Positions 49,369 through 62,330 of a stretch of DNA of 64,000 nucleotides are shown piece by piece. Positions within the stretch are counted from its first letter, which is position 1; the number at the start of each line of letters is the position of its first letter. Below the pieces are notes generated by a model. The model searched no databases and was not told the origin of the DNA. It saw only the letters and a list, made by a program, of their open reading frames with translations. The DNA is from Lama glama. Its lineage: Eukaryota. Made by a program: the position numbers and the translations under genes. The stretch covers positions 19,098,001-19,162,000 of the forward strand of contig CM052818.1 in the NCBI GenBank assembly GCA_028534125.1, given 5' to 3'.

Positions 49369-52300
49369 GAACGGTTATTTTTTTTAAGTGCTTTAAAAGT
49401 ACTAAAGATGCTAAGTCCTGGAAAATGACATCATACGTTCATAGCTCATTATTGATTTGTGCTCTTCATCTTGTAAACACACCCTTTTGCTCTCTTCCAC
49501 CTAGAGGCACACCTGTGCATATATTGGGCAGTCACAGCATTTCTTTCCCAGTGGCATGTTCTGGCTTTGGCTTCCTAAAGGAACCCACAAACTAAAAGGA
49601 AAGGTGACAGCAAGTGTCCTCTTCCCCATCACGGCACGAGTGCATCCAAATGGGGCCTCATTCCAGTGACCTGTGGTCTCTGTGCATCTTTGATAAACTC
49701 CCATCAATGTCTTCATTCACTGTCCAGCCACAGCTTTTAAAGCTTCTCTTAGCTCTTTGCACAAAATCAAGTCAGAGTGTTGGCAAATTGCCCTAAGCCC
49801 AACCTTTTAATCTCCTGGCAGAACTGGCCATTCTTCAGTCAAGCAGAAAGGAACTATGTTCTCTTTTCTTTTCTTTTTTTTTTTTTTTTAATATGTTCTC
49901 TTTCCTGATTTGTGTTTTGGGATGTAGGCAAGCAGTGTCAGAGGGCTACCCTGAAGCTTGTGGCTATATTACAAATGACCCAGCACATTGTTTCCAAAAT
50001 CTGCTGCAGGGAGACGTGTATCTTCGAGAGGAGCTGCACTCAGGGACGAGAACCAGCCCATGGACAGCTCAGCACTGAACTGCTCTTTGCAGAGGTGCCA
50101 GGAGAGTCATATGAGAAGCAGTATCTTTGTCAGTTATCCACCTGCTGTCGTGGTGTGGGGCAGTAGTTCAAATTGGTCACTTCTGTCATTCAGAAAGGTT
50201 CTGCTGAATCCTGAAGTAGCCTGATGTTTATTTCAGCCTTCTTTGCAAAATGTACGTGAATAAGATTTAAGTAAAGACCTACATACATCAGTTTCTCTTC
50301 TGTTTATAGAATTCCTTTCCCTCAAATGCCCTGAGTCTTCAGAGACAATTATTATTATTACTGGTGCTTTTATGGATTCAGCAGCTCAGGGAGCCAAAGC
50401 TGAGTCCAAAATGGGCAGTCAGGATTCTCTATCTGCCACCTCACTCAGCAAAGAGGAAAATTAGCATCACTCAGTTTTATTTGATCAGAGAATATCATAG
50501 TGGGCATGGTACATGCAGCAATGTGGACATTTTTGTGTGTTGTACAGACCCAGATAAATGATTTATCTGGGCTTTATTCATTCATCCCATACATATGATA
50601 TATTGTGTTTATCAGGCCCGGGTGCTATATTTTGAAAGGTTAAAGGTTATTCTACAAGGCAAAGGTGAAGCATATTCCAACATGGGCAGTTGGATTGCAG
50701 TGTTCATAGGTACATCTTAGCTAGCCTCACTAATGAGGATTGGAACAAGGAGGGGTCCTTTGGTTCAATCCCACGTGGTGCACAGTCTTAAGGGAACTGT
50801 CTCAGGTCATAGTTAATTGCATGTCCAGCTGGGTCCAGAATCTAAGTTTCACAGTGTTTATTCTACCAATTTCATTCATATAATTCATGGGCACATTCTT
50901 GTTTGAGACAGAAGTATTTAATAATAGGTATGTGTGTGTCCGACACCACAGCAGGGCTGTGGAGGAGGACTGGTCTGTTGGTCAGGCCAACAACTGATTA
51001 AGTCCAGAGAAAACTTGAAGGATCAGACAAATCTTAGAAGTCAGACAGCATAGAAGCATCTGGCAAGTCTTAGACAGCTGGTAAGACAAGAGCCAGTCCT
51101 AAGAAAATCAGAGACAGGAGTGCTAGCAAGTAGAAGACATTTGGGTAAACTCCAGTCCAAGGACACAAGCCAGTTACTCTCTGTCTTCTTTTGCATCTAT
51201 GTGTGTATATGTGTATGTGTGTGTGTATGTGTAGGGGAGGGTAAGGGGCAGGACTGGGCCTTCAGCTAGAGGTAGCCATAGAACAAAAATTCAGTTGTGG
51301 CTGTGTGTACTTAGATGAAACATCATGATGAGATGGAATATTTGTCCTGACATTTGAACAGGGCCCCATATCCAGAGCTAGGTAATTTGCAACTATGTAG
51401 ACATACAGGTGTGTCCACATGACACAGATCCAGGGGGAAGATTTGCCAGTGATTGTTCAGGCTGAATAGAAAGTCAGTCTGAATAGCTCAAGCAAAATGA
51501 CAATCTACTTTGTGGTCTAAATTATTCATACTGATTGCTTACACTGAACTGAAATCCTGGGCAATTATTATTTCTCCCATTTATGCTATGTGACATATTT
51601 CCAAGGGGTTGAAATCAAGTTTCTGTTAATGTAAATGCATCCATTTATTCATTCCTCCAGTTAACAAAACCCAAGACAAGCATAACTCATAACCATGTAT
51701 GTGTGGCCTTTGGCATGTTGTTATCTGCCTTTCCTGTAATTCCATGAACTCCTGAAGACAGTGGCTTGTGTTCTTTTAGTACTAAACAGTATTCTTGGAG
51801 GCAGTCTCTAGCTCAGATATTCAAACAATCCAAAGAGTATTAATCTATCATTTCACATCCTAAAGGATGTTTTATTGGCTTACTTTGAAAAGATTAAAAG
51901 GAAACTCGCTACAGGGTTTTAATTATGCAACTGCTGTCAGACTTACACATAGGGAAGAACATATTTAAAAGTCTTTCTCAAATGGCAGCTTGATATAAAC
52001 AGAAATATTTTTCCTTCCTTTTATTAGGTTTTCTGGCAGCATATTTTAGCTAAAAAGCTAAAACCATGCCGCTATAGACGGGATGGTGTAGGTATAAGAG
52101 ATGTCACTTTTGGCACTGCATAATTTAGCTTGCTACTTTCAGAATTAAGCATATTTAATTATTCAACCGCGAGATTAGTAACAAGTCCTAACTTTTTTCT
52201 TCTTTTTTAACATGGATTTTAAAAAACTTTTTTGCTTCAGAGGAAACTAAGACATTAGAAGACCGAAATGTCACTAGCACATTTATATTCGGTTTTCTTT

Positions 52301-53684
52301 TGACATGTATGTAATCCAGCTGAAGGTGGCTCGGATAACAGGAGTGAAATACGTTACCCAGAAGGAGAGGAGCATGCTTCCTCGCTTATTCCTCTCATCA
52401 GGTATTTTTTATTGGAAGATGATGGCATGACAACTCTGAAGGACATTTAGGGGGGAAAATCCATCATTAGATGGAGAGCAAGGAAATGTATTCTCATTCA
52501 CTGCTCTGTCCTCAACACCCAGCACTGGACCCAGTAAACTCTCAATAATAATAATAACTCATAATACTCTGCCCTTACACAACTGTTTTCATTTTTGCAA
52601 GTTCCCCTGCAGTTCTCTGTCATATCTTTTGTAGGTAAAAAGAAAAAAAAAAGGAACTAATTGACAAGTGCTGAGCTGCCTTTGATAACATTATATCATC
52701 AGTGTTGTTTCCATATTGCCACATACCTTCACATATTCATTTTAGTGGGTGCATAATATTCTATCTAATCGATGTTCTGTAATTTGCTACCCTGATTGCT
52801 GGGTAGCTGGGTGTGGTTCCCAGTTTGGGGGGCTATTTTGAGTAATGCCACAGTGCTTATCTTTATGCAGATGACCTTGTCTTTCTGCAGTATCTCCTTG
52901 GGTTGAATTCCTATGGGTGAAATTGCTAGTCATTGGACACTGCCATCTTTACGGCTCTTGTGGCCAGCCCCTTTGGAGTGAAGGACTGTCTGGTCTCTCC
53001 TTGATGAGCCTATAACCTCTACAAAACCTAGAAGAGACTGGACAGTTACCCAGCTAATTGCACCAGGGAAACAGGCCACAGGTTCACTTGGTTTTCTCCA
53101 GGATTGCACTCAGTCCTAGGGGCTAAGCTGCCCCCAGAACGAGGCTGTGGCTTCAGCGCCTTCAGCCTCCCTTGCTTTAAAGAGAGCCACTTCCCTTGGG
53201 AAATTTTGGGTGAGTGGAGAAGGGCAGGAAGGGAAACAGGAACAGCTGCCCGGCTATCAAAGACAGAGAGCAGGTATCTGGACCCTCTTCCCTCCTGTCC
53301 CCTGCACTCCCAGGGATGACTGCCGCCACTCCTGGGCCAAGCCAGCTGAGGGAGAGCATTCTTCCCTTTGGTCTTGACTGTGCCCAAGGACCCCAGCCTG
53401 GACTGGCCCAGAATTGTGTCACATGGAACAGAGAACTATCTCTAGAGCATTCCAGCTGGACAGCACCTTAAAAATCCTCCAGAACTTTCCCCAAGCAATT
53501 AGACCATTTTGTCAACCAAAGCCAACAAGCAGCCCATTACAGAAAACAGACAGCAGCCGAGCTGCTCTAATTTGGGGTAGGGGCCGGCCCATCAGGCCTC
53601 TTCTTGGATGCCATGCACTCACCGAATGCTTCTCTGAGGAGCCCTAGAGCTCCTCAAGACCAACCTGAAGAGGGCTAACTTAGC

Positions 53685-53820
53685 CTTGATCCTCATTTTA
53701 CATAGGTTCAGAGAGGGAGAGAGGTTGTCCAAGGTTGCACAAGTCAGAGGGGCATTTGCCGAGAGCTGGAGCTGACCCAGGACCTGCCTGTGTGGATTCT
53801 GAGGTACTTGAGCTTTCACT
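53685..53820 (-). mobile_element. MIR SINE
   Basis: cctcattttacatag..ttcagagagg...gtccaaggttgcaca. Confidence 0.6.
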
Positions 53821-53855
53821 GCCTTGGAAGAGTTTCCTGAATACTACTGAATCTT

Positions 53856-53859
<4 letters not shown>

Positions 53860-53888
<29 letters not shown>
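53860..53888. repeat. (CA)n microsatellite
   Basis: About 14 AC units. Confidence 0.9.
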
Positions 53889-54961
53889 CCCCCAAATGAC
53901 ACGACAAGTACAGAACCAGATCCAGCCATGGCTCTTCTGAGCAGGTATCAGGCTTCCCAGAAGGGGTGAAAGTTAAGCAGTGCATCAAGGACAAAGGGGA
54001 GTAGCTTGGAGAGAGGAGCAGCAAAGTAAGTCAAGTGTCTTGGAGGGGTCCTCCAGGGTGAAGCTCCTGCTCCATCTGAAGGTGGTGTGGAGCCTTGGGT
54101 CCATGTTTAAAGGTGGGGCTCAGTGCCAACTACAGTGGGACTCTCTGCGCCCTTGCATGGTGACCTCAGGTTCAGAGGAGCTGAGACAATGCAAAGAGCC
54201 ACTGTGTTCCTGTGCTCAGCCCCAGACTTAGTCTTCCCCAGTCTCCTGCCCGCCCCCCTTGTTTCTGTCCAGCTCCACTGACCTTCCCAGGATCCCGGGC
54301 TTGGCTAATGGCTGCAATTCAATAAACCAGAGTGTGGGAGGCCTGGGCTGAGGTGGGCTCACTGGGCAGATTCAGCCTCTGATCTCACTTGGGGTCAGTG
54401 ACAGGGTTTTTATGAAGAGAAGGTTGGAGGGACAGAGGGCTTGAGGCTATTAGAACAATGGACTTCCCATGGGCTGAGAAAGTACAGGGCAGGTGCTGGT
54501 AGAGAAAGTACGAGAATCGAAGCCCCTTGGCCCTCACCCCAAGCCAGCTCTGGGCCCCAGAAAGTTCTATCCTGAGCCAGGCCATTCCCTTGCCAATGGC
54601 CAGGTCTAGTTCTTCCTCAGGGGAACTTAGGCCCCTTCCAGCAGTCAACGGCTGCAGTGAAGGATGTGCTGGACCCCATCTGTGTCACCTCCTCCCTGGG
54701 CTCAGGCAACCCCAGCTCAAGGCTAAGCGCCCAGCTCACTAGCAGGTCAGTGGGGACAGGTGTGCCTGGGCCCCATAAAGGATTGGGCTCTGGGGGACTC
54801 GCTCTGTCTGCTTCCCCCAGATCCCAGAGGACTCATCCCCAGCTGACCCCAGGATGGAGCTTCCAGAATCCTGTCATTTCAAGTTTTCCAGTGTCTGGAT
54901 ACAATGTCATTATACTCACAGTAACAGAGACTGTGGACCAGGAAGGCAGGAAAGCACAGAG

Positions 54962-55095
54962 AAGTGCTTCTCAAACTATAAAGTGCATGTGAATCACCAG
55001 GCTCTTGTCAAAATGCAGTAGGTCTATGTGGGACCTGAGACTACATTCCTCGCGGGCTCCCAGTGAGGTTCCCAGAATGCACTGGGACTAGCAAG
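54962..55095. mobile_element. MER5A1-like MITE
   Basis: gtgcttctcaaact..aagtgcatgtgaatcacc..gctcttgtcaaaatgcag...tagcaagg. Confidence 0.6.
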
Positions 55096-55299
55096 GGTGT
55101 AGAGAAGCAGTGGCAAGTCAGGGACTTGCAGCCTGGACCCCCTCTGCGGCTCACTGGCTGCACTGCTGAGGGCAGGACACAACACCATGCGGAGCCTCAG
55201 TGTCTCCATTCCTAATAGCAAGGAGTGCTGGCGGTCACTTGATTCCCTTCCAGCTCTGATGTTCTCATATCTGGGAAGGCTATTTGCTCACATCCACTG

Positions 55300-55520
55300 G
55301 TATAGTTTAGTGTAGACTAAAGGCACCAACTCTGCAAACTGGGCTCTGGTCCCAATTCTGCCACTTACAAGCCATGTGCACCTGGTGAATGGCTGTACCT
55401 CTTCCTACCTTGGTTTCCTCCTCTGTAAAGTGAGGATGACAGCATTTCCTGCCCCACGGGTGATTTCAAGGATTGAGTGAGCTAATGTATGTGTGCAGTG
55501 CCTGGCAAGCCCTCGGAAAG
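55300..55520 (+). mobile_element. MIR SINE
   Basis: tctgccacttac...ggtttcctcctctgtaaagtgaggatga...aggattgagtgagctaatg. Confidence 0.7.
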
Positions 55521-56369
55521 CATCAGCTCCTCAGGACTGTGCAAGCCTCGTGGGCAAGCCCTGTGCTGCCTCCCCGTGTGGGGGGAAACTGAGGCACAGT
55601 TCATCCCCAACCCACTACTCTGTGTATAGCTCTCTAGGTTTCAGCCCCCCACTCCCCCCGCAGGGTGACATTGGCTACTGTCTCCAGGGTGTGTTGCTGT
55701 CCTATGCTGTTATATAGCTGGCCTGGAAGGGTTCTTTTAAAAATGCATTTTCTTTGGTTCCTCAACTAGAATGTATTAATAATTTCTCATGTGTATGTTC
55801 TTTAATCTTTTTAAATAACTTGTTTGGTGAGTGACTGAGTGGCAGTTTACACCAGTGTCCCCTGGTGCCACATCCCTGCCCACCCTCCTGGTTTAGTGGG
55901 CTGGGGCCTCTTGGCAGTGCTTGGGCTTAGGGGAAGGTCGTGGAGCTGAGACCAGCAGAGAGGCCAGATGTGGCTGAGACCAGGCCTTGCCACACTTCTC
56001 TGAGGTGGATCTGGTTGTTGGGACTGTGAGAGGAGGTGGCCAGAGGACGGAACTGAGGCAAACAGCCCCACTGCCCATGGAAGCCAGGGTGGTGCTCCAG
56101 GCCCCCAGGCCCAAATCTCACTTTATACCCTTCTCTCTGGGGCTACTACAGCTCCCCTGATGGGTGGAGAAAACATTCCCAGTCCTAGGGCAAGACAGGG
56201 GAGTCTGCAGGCCTGCCACCATCTCCCCTGTCCAGAGTCCACCATGCCAGCAGCCAGGACATTTGTTCTGGGGAGCAAGAGGAGTAACTGAAGCATCATT
56301 GGTCTCATTGTCACCCCCAACACACATGTGTTGTGCTTGTCTGTTTAAGGTGTTTTTACCCATGTTTAC

Positions 56370-56540
56370 TCAAGAACCTCCCCCAAACCCTAGGACAGCA
56401 AAGAGAATGCTTTTATCCAATTTGACAGATGATGAGACAGGCTCAGAGAGGTTAAGCGACTTGCCTGGGGTTACACAGCAAGGGAGTCAATGGCAGGATA
56501 GAGGATTCGTGGCTCCTGACTGCACAGCACTCTCTGTTGC
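56370..56540 (-). mobile_element. MIR SINE
   Basis: tttgacagatgatgagacaggctcagagaggttaagcgacttgcctggggttacacagc. Confidence 0.75.
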
Positions 56541-59289
56541 CCCTGAGCCATGCTTGACCACAGAAGGGGCAGAGTTAAAGCCCAGTCTGGCATCTGCCGG
56601 GTCATGGGAGCAGAGGAGGCAAAAATGAGGAGGGGTCAGCAAGGGCTCAAACCCAGTTTAGGGATTTGGATTTGGCTATGCTGTGCTCCTGGTAGCCCCA
56701 GTGGCTACACTGAGCCAAGCGCTGCCTGCTTTCCATCCTTCACATCCCTACGCCCTTTGTAAGGAAGGCTGCAGGCAGGCAAGGGACGTGCTTCATGCAG
56801 AGCTCACTAGAACTCTGGGAGCCATGTTAGTGGGAAATTTGGGGGCCCACTACACCAAGCTCCTGTCCAGAGAAAGGACCTCATGACCCAAGGGCCCTCA
56901 GCCTGGCACTTGGGATAGCAGCAGTGGACATGGAGAGGCGGGAACAGAAAAGCAAATAATCAGAAGGCCGGCACTTGGGCACACCAGCCAGGAAAGTCTG
57001 GGGACACAGCCAGCTTAGGACTGCCCAAGGTCATGTCCTGGAGGCAAATCCGCACAGACATTGAGGGAATGCATGAAACCAGGCACCTGCCAGTGCACTC
57101 CATCTCTAGCCACACTTCTGGCCATCCCCTCTCTGCCCCAATCCCTCTCCCCACCTTCCTACAGCCCCAGGCACTTTCAGCCTCCAGGCCATCACTCATG
57201 CTGTTTTCTCCACCTGGAATGCTCTTCCCTTTCTCTCTGTTTTCCACCAAGTGAACTTGGCCTTCAAGGTGCAGCTCAAACGAGGCCACTAGAATGAGAC
57301 CTTCTTGGAGGCCCTGTTACTGCCCCCAGACATGTGGTCATTGTCTGTTTCTAAGCCCATTACCCTGGCAATCCTGCGAGCCTCTGTTGGGTGGGATAAG
57401 GTATGAAAAAACAGGCACAGGACCCAGCACCTAGAAGGTGCCCTTTCTCCTCCCTCCAGGTCGGAAGCAGTGCCCTAGTGGTGCTTGTCACTGCTACAGT
57501 TAATGACAATAATAGCCATATGGCAGCAGCCATGCATTGAATGGCTACTGTGAAGTGGGCACTGTGTCTGGAGATGGAGATAATTAAAAAGCAAAGAGGT
57601 AGTTTCTGTAAATCATGGAGCTTAACACTTGGCACAGAGCAGGTGATTAATCAACGTATGTTGAATGGAAGGAATGAATCAATGAGTGTGAGTAACTGAA
57701 AACCTTGGACGGCTGGAAACAATAAAAAGGGAGTGGAAAAAGCTGGGCCCAGGCTGGGCTCCAGGAACCTCCTGACGCCTCCCTCTCCCTCCCCGCCCTG
57801 TGGAGTCAAGGGGACTGGCTGTGCACTGGCCCTTCTGCTGGACCATTGGTTTAATGATCTCTCAGGGGCTGGCAGGTGTGCAGCAGCCAGCCGGCTCATT
57901 CTGGCCGGGGCTCCCCTGGCTGAGAGTGCTGTCCCCGTGGCTCTCTGAGTCAGCTAGGTCCTTGTCCTACCCTGCCTGGGGCCCGGCAGAATCACTGGAG
58001 TGAAGCCCAATCAGACAATTCTGAGCCTCAGCCCCCAGTGCCCTAGGAATGGTGGGAAAAGGTCAGTCCTGAACAATGAGGTCAGGCTTCTGGTCCCAGC
58101 TCTCCCACTGACCCAAAGGCCCTATCTGGCCCTGGCCTGGGCCGCAGCCCCTAGCCTCAAGGAAGCCCTGCTGAATTCAGCTTCTAAGCCCAATAGTTCC
58201 ACCTTCTCCGTCACCTGCCTGTGGCACAAGCCTGAGAAACCAGATGTTGGTTCACCAATTGGACAGAAGTCGTATCAGTAACTAAATGGAATTCCACAAA
58301 TCCAGAAAGCCACCCACCCAGCCTGAAATACTTGGGGAAGCTTTTAGTGGAATGGGGTGTCCCAGCATTCTGGAAAGTTACAGCTCAGATGAACACAAAC
58401 CCAAATCACACTCCGCGTGACTTCTCCCTAATCCTTTCCAAATGGCCACAATCTCATTCCCTTGCTGCCAAGTGTTCTGAATTCTGAGCGCCAGGACCTG
58501 CCAGAAATGCTGCAGGGACAGCCCAGGCCAGAGAGGGAAAGGAAAACACAAAACTCTGCCCACATTGAGTGGAACCGCATGGCCTGACCCTCCTAGCGCC
58601 CCAAAGCCTGTCTCTTCTGTTCTCTGTTCCATCTCCCAATGCCTGGCACTGGGCTTGGCACATGGGAGGGGCTCTATGAATATACATGGAATGAATGTAA
58701 ATTTGAATAATTGGCCATTTCCATGATTTTCAGCTCTACCTAGGCACCGGTTTAAGAAAAAGTAAAATATGAAAATCTCCACCTACAAATCTTGTAAAAG
58801 AAAGCTTCAGTTTGCAAAGAGATTTACTCCAGGGCTTTTTTAAGTCACCAGGCACTCTAGCGCATTTAAAGTGAGATGCACCGTGCAACCAGGGTGTCAG
58901 GAACCTAGCAACTGCATCAAGTCCCCTTCACTGCCATTGCCACCTTCACACAAGCCTAAGGCAGCCCAGTCCCTAAAGTCAAGGGGCTTTGGTCAAATTA
59001 GTGAGCAATACACATGACCCAGTGAGTAATTCATAAGCGTGTATGACAAGAGCTGATGTGGGTGCTCAATGTTCGGAAAGTGCCTTATAAAGCTCTGCAA
59101 TATGCATTGTTCAGCCAAGCAGGTGGGGACTATATGTGTCTCCATTTTAAGAATGAAGAAATCTGTATCACCAAGAGACAGTTTGTAGTGTGATACGTGG
59201 TTAGGGAGAGATGCTGAGGACCCTGGCCTGAGTGAGAATTTCAACTCTACCATTCATTAGTGGGGTTGCCAGGGACCGTCTCCTGCCCA

Positions 59290-62185
59290 TTCCCTGAACA
59301 AGTCCAGCTCACTGCCTTCCTCTCCACCCATCTCCTGTCTTCCAGGCATGATCCAGCCAAAACCTGGGCCTCACATTCCTTGACCATCTCATCCACAACA
59401 ATGTTTTAATCCATCTCACTCCAGCAGGTACTTGGTTCTACCTGTGTCCTTGCTATGACCAGTAAACTGTATGATCTTCAAAGCTCTCACTTTCTGACCA
59501 CCACCTCCCATCCTTCCAGCTCTCATCCTCTATTGCCCCAATATAATATTCCTACCTCAAACCTGCAGTCTCCTTCTCTGATATTTCCTTCACCTTTTTG
59601 GGGTCCTCATTTCTTTTCTAATCCAGCTTAGATTCACTCCCTCTGTAAAGACCCTTAACTTCCTTGCCCCTCTATCACCCTGCATTGTGCCCCTGTCCCG
59701 ACACTGCCACCATCAAAATGCCAGCTGTCCACCTATTCCTTACCTGCTCCCAAGCCACTAAATGTGGCTGGAGAAAATCATGCAGAGATGCTGACTGGTC
59801 CAACTTTAAATGAGTGACCCTGGGGACCAGCCAGACACTCCATGCTGGCAGACCTTCCTACCACCTTCCTACTGTGTCTGTTCACCGCTTATCCTCCTCC
59901 CATACCCCTACTGTATGCTCACACTTCACTGAGAAAATAAAAGTAATCAGATAGGAACTCTCTTATCTTTACAACCCCAAATCCATTTATCATGTGGAGC
60001 TGCTTCTTATGACAGCAGATGGATCGTCCACTTGTAAACGTCTGCTTCACTGGGTCCCATCCCCTCTGAGTTTCTCAAACACTTCGTTTCTGCCATTACC
60101 CACCCCATGCATTGTCAGGCTGTCTTCCATCAGTATGCAGGCTTGCTGTATTTTCTTTCTTCTTCATAGACGACTCCCTTGACCCCTGCATCTCTCTCCA
60201 GCTCCCTCCCCAATTCTCTGCTCCTCTTTACTGGAAAAGATCTCAAAAGAACAGTCAACATCTCCCTTCCTCCACTAGATCCATGTCACTCAGGAGTCCA
60301 TCCCATATTTCCACTGAATCTGCTCTTCAAAGATCCCCTGTGGCCTCCTTTCTGCAAATCCAAGGATGACCTCCCTGTCCTCATCTTACTCAGAATCCCA
60401 GCAATGTTTGACACCACTGGCCACTTCTCCTTGAAATCCTCTTTTCTCTTAGCTTCTGAAACACTTACACTCTCCTTGAGCCTCATTGGCTGCTGTCCTA
60501 TCTCCTTCGCTGAATCCCCTCCTCCATGTGATCTCTCATTGTTGGAAGGATCCACACTCAGTCCTGAGACCTTTCTCCCTGAATTCTCTCTCCAGACAAT
60601 GTCATCTCACCTGTAGGGGAGGAAAACTGTTTTCCTCTATCCTCTTAGGTTCTGTATCTGGGATTCTACAAATTAAAGCAGCAAAGGACAGATTAACATG
60701 GGAAAAGGTTTATTATATATGCATATGGAGGCCTTTATAGAAAAGAACTGAAGACCTAAAGAAGCAGTTAAGCCAGGGGCTTATATACCATTTTAACAAA
60801 GAGCAATAAATTGTGGAGAAGTGATAAGGCACAGGGGTTTGGGCTTCCAGGAATGGCAAATTGTGAAGAGGTAAATATATGGGGGAAACTAATGGAAGAT
60901 AAGGGTTATTTTAGTAAGGCTTGTTGTGCAGACTGTATCTTGTGCAGTCATGGGGTGAGAAGAGTGTCTCTGGTGATTTAGAGTTATTCTTCTCTTCCTG
61001 GTATAGTTGAGGAGTGGGGAGATACCTTCACAAAGGGAAATTTTTACTGTACATTTGGGCAGATAGGGGAATGGTAGATAGTTTTCCCTGTCTGCTGTTT
61101 CTCTATTGCCTCCAGCTCAGAATAATCCTTATGCCAATGTTGCATATCTTGAGGCGATGTTCTCTGAACCCCCCCTCATACCCCATGGCTTTAAACTCTA
61201 TCTATTTGCTGATGACTTCCAGATGAATAACCCTAGTCTTCCACATTATGCTTCAAGACCATGGGTTCAACAGCCTACTTGACATCTCCACGTGGATGTC
61301 TAGTATGTATCAAAATTTTAAAAGACCAAAATAGAACTCTTGAATTCTGCTCTATTACAGTCCTTCTCAACTCAATAAATGGCACCATCACGAGGAGCTG
61401 TCCTAATTCCTCTTTCTCCCTAATCTTCCATATTCATCATCAAGTCCTCTCAGCTCAATCTGCAAAATACAATCCAATTCCATCCCCTCGTTTCTGTGCC
61501 TGTTACCACTGGTCTACTCTCATCACAACCATCATATGCTGCTGGGGCAACTAAATCAGACTCCTAACCAATTCTCCAGCTTCCTCTCTGCTTTCTGACA
61601 ACCTCTTCTCCACACAGCAGCCAAAGAGATCTTTGAAACTACACATCAGTCCAGTCCTTCCTGTCTTTGAAGCCCATCAGTGACTTCCTGTTGTAGGAAA
61701 TCCGACTCTTCACCATGACCTTCAGGCCCTGTGTGATCTGGCCCTGCCTCCTCTCAGCCTCACTGGTACTGCTCTCCTCTTTGCTTAACTCACTATAGCC
61801 AGACTGGACTCATGAGACCTCAGGGCATTTTCACCTGCTGTTCCTGCTCCTTGGAGCCCCAGTCCCTCTGTCTTAGCATGGCTAACTTCTCAACCGCACT
61901 CAAGCCTCAGTGTCTAAAACTAAAATGCACCCCTCTGAGGAGCCTTCTCTAATCACCTGACTACAGTAGCGTCCCCCACTCACCCCAGCCCCTGCCATCA
62001 CACTGCTGTCTTGTTAGCACATGTACCACTTTTCTAAATCATCTACTTCCTATATTTGTTTACTTGTTTGTCACCTGACCTCTAGCCATTCCCTGCTCCA
62101 TGAGAACAGGGGTCTTGTCCCTTCTCATCCACTGTTACATTCCCAAAGCCTAGCACAGCACCTAGTGTTTGTCAAACAAATAAAC
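59290..62185 (+). mobile_element. Long L2 element (ORF2 to 3' end), interrupted by an LTR
   Basis: Collinear L2 ORF2 motifs (tggctggagaaaatca; tttgacaccactggccact; the RT core remnant catggctttaaa..ctatttgctgatgac, reading LFADD for YADD) through to the 3' end gcctagcacagcacctag. Confidence 0.8.
60612..61178 (-). mobile_element. ERV1 solo LTR (MER34-like)
   Basis: TG...CA termini (tgtaggggagg ... ccccctca). The reverse complement has ttggcataaggattattctgagctg. 4-bp TSD CACC/TACC. L2 sequence resumes on both sides. Confidence 0.8.
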
Positions 62186-62194
62186 AAACTTCCA

Positions 62195-62330
62195 AAGCTT
62201 CTGTTTTCACATTTATAAAATGGGAATAGAACAGTGCCAATCTCACATGGTTGTTGGGAGCACTATATGAGACCAGGCATGTAGGCACTTCCTCTGGCTG
62301 TGGCATTTAATAAGGACTCTAATATGAGGT
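62195..62330 (+). mobile_element. MIR SINE
   Basis: ctgttttcacatttataaaatgggaata...ctcacatggttgttgggag. Confidence 0.65.
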
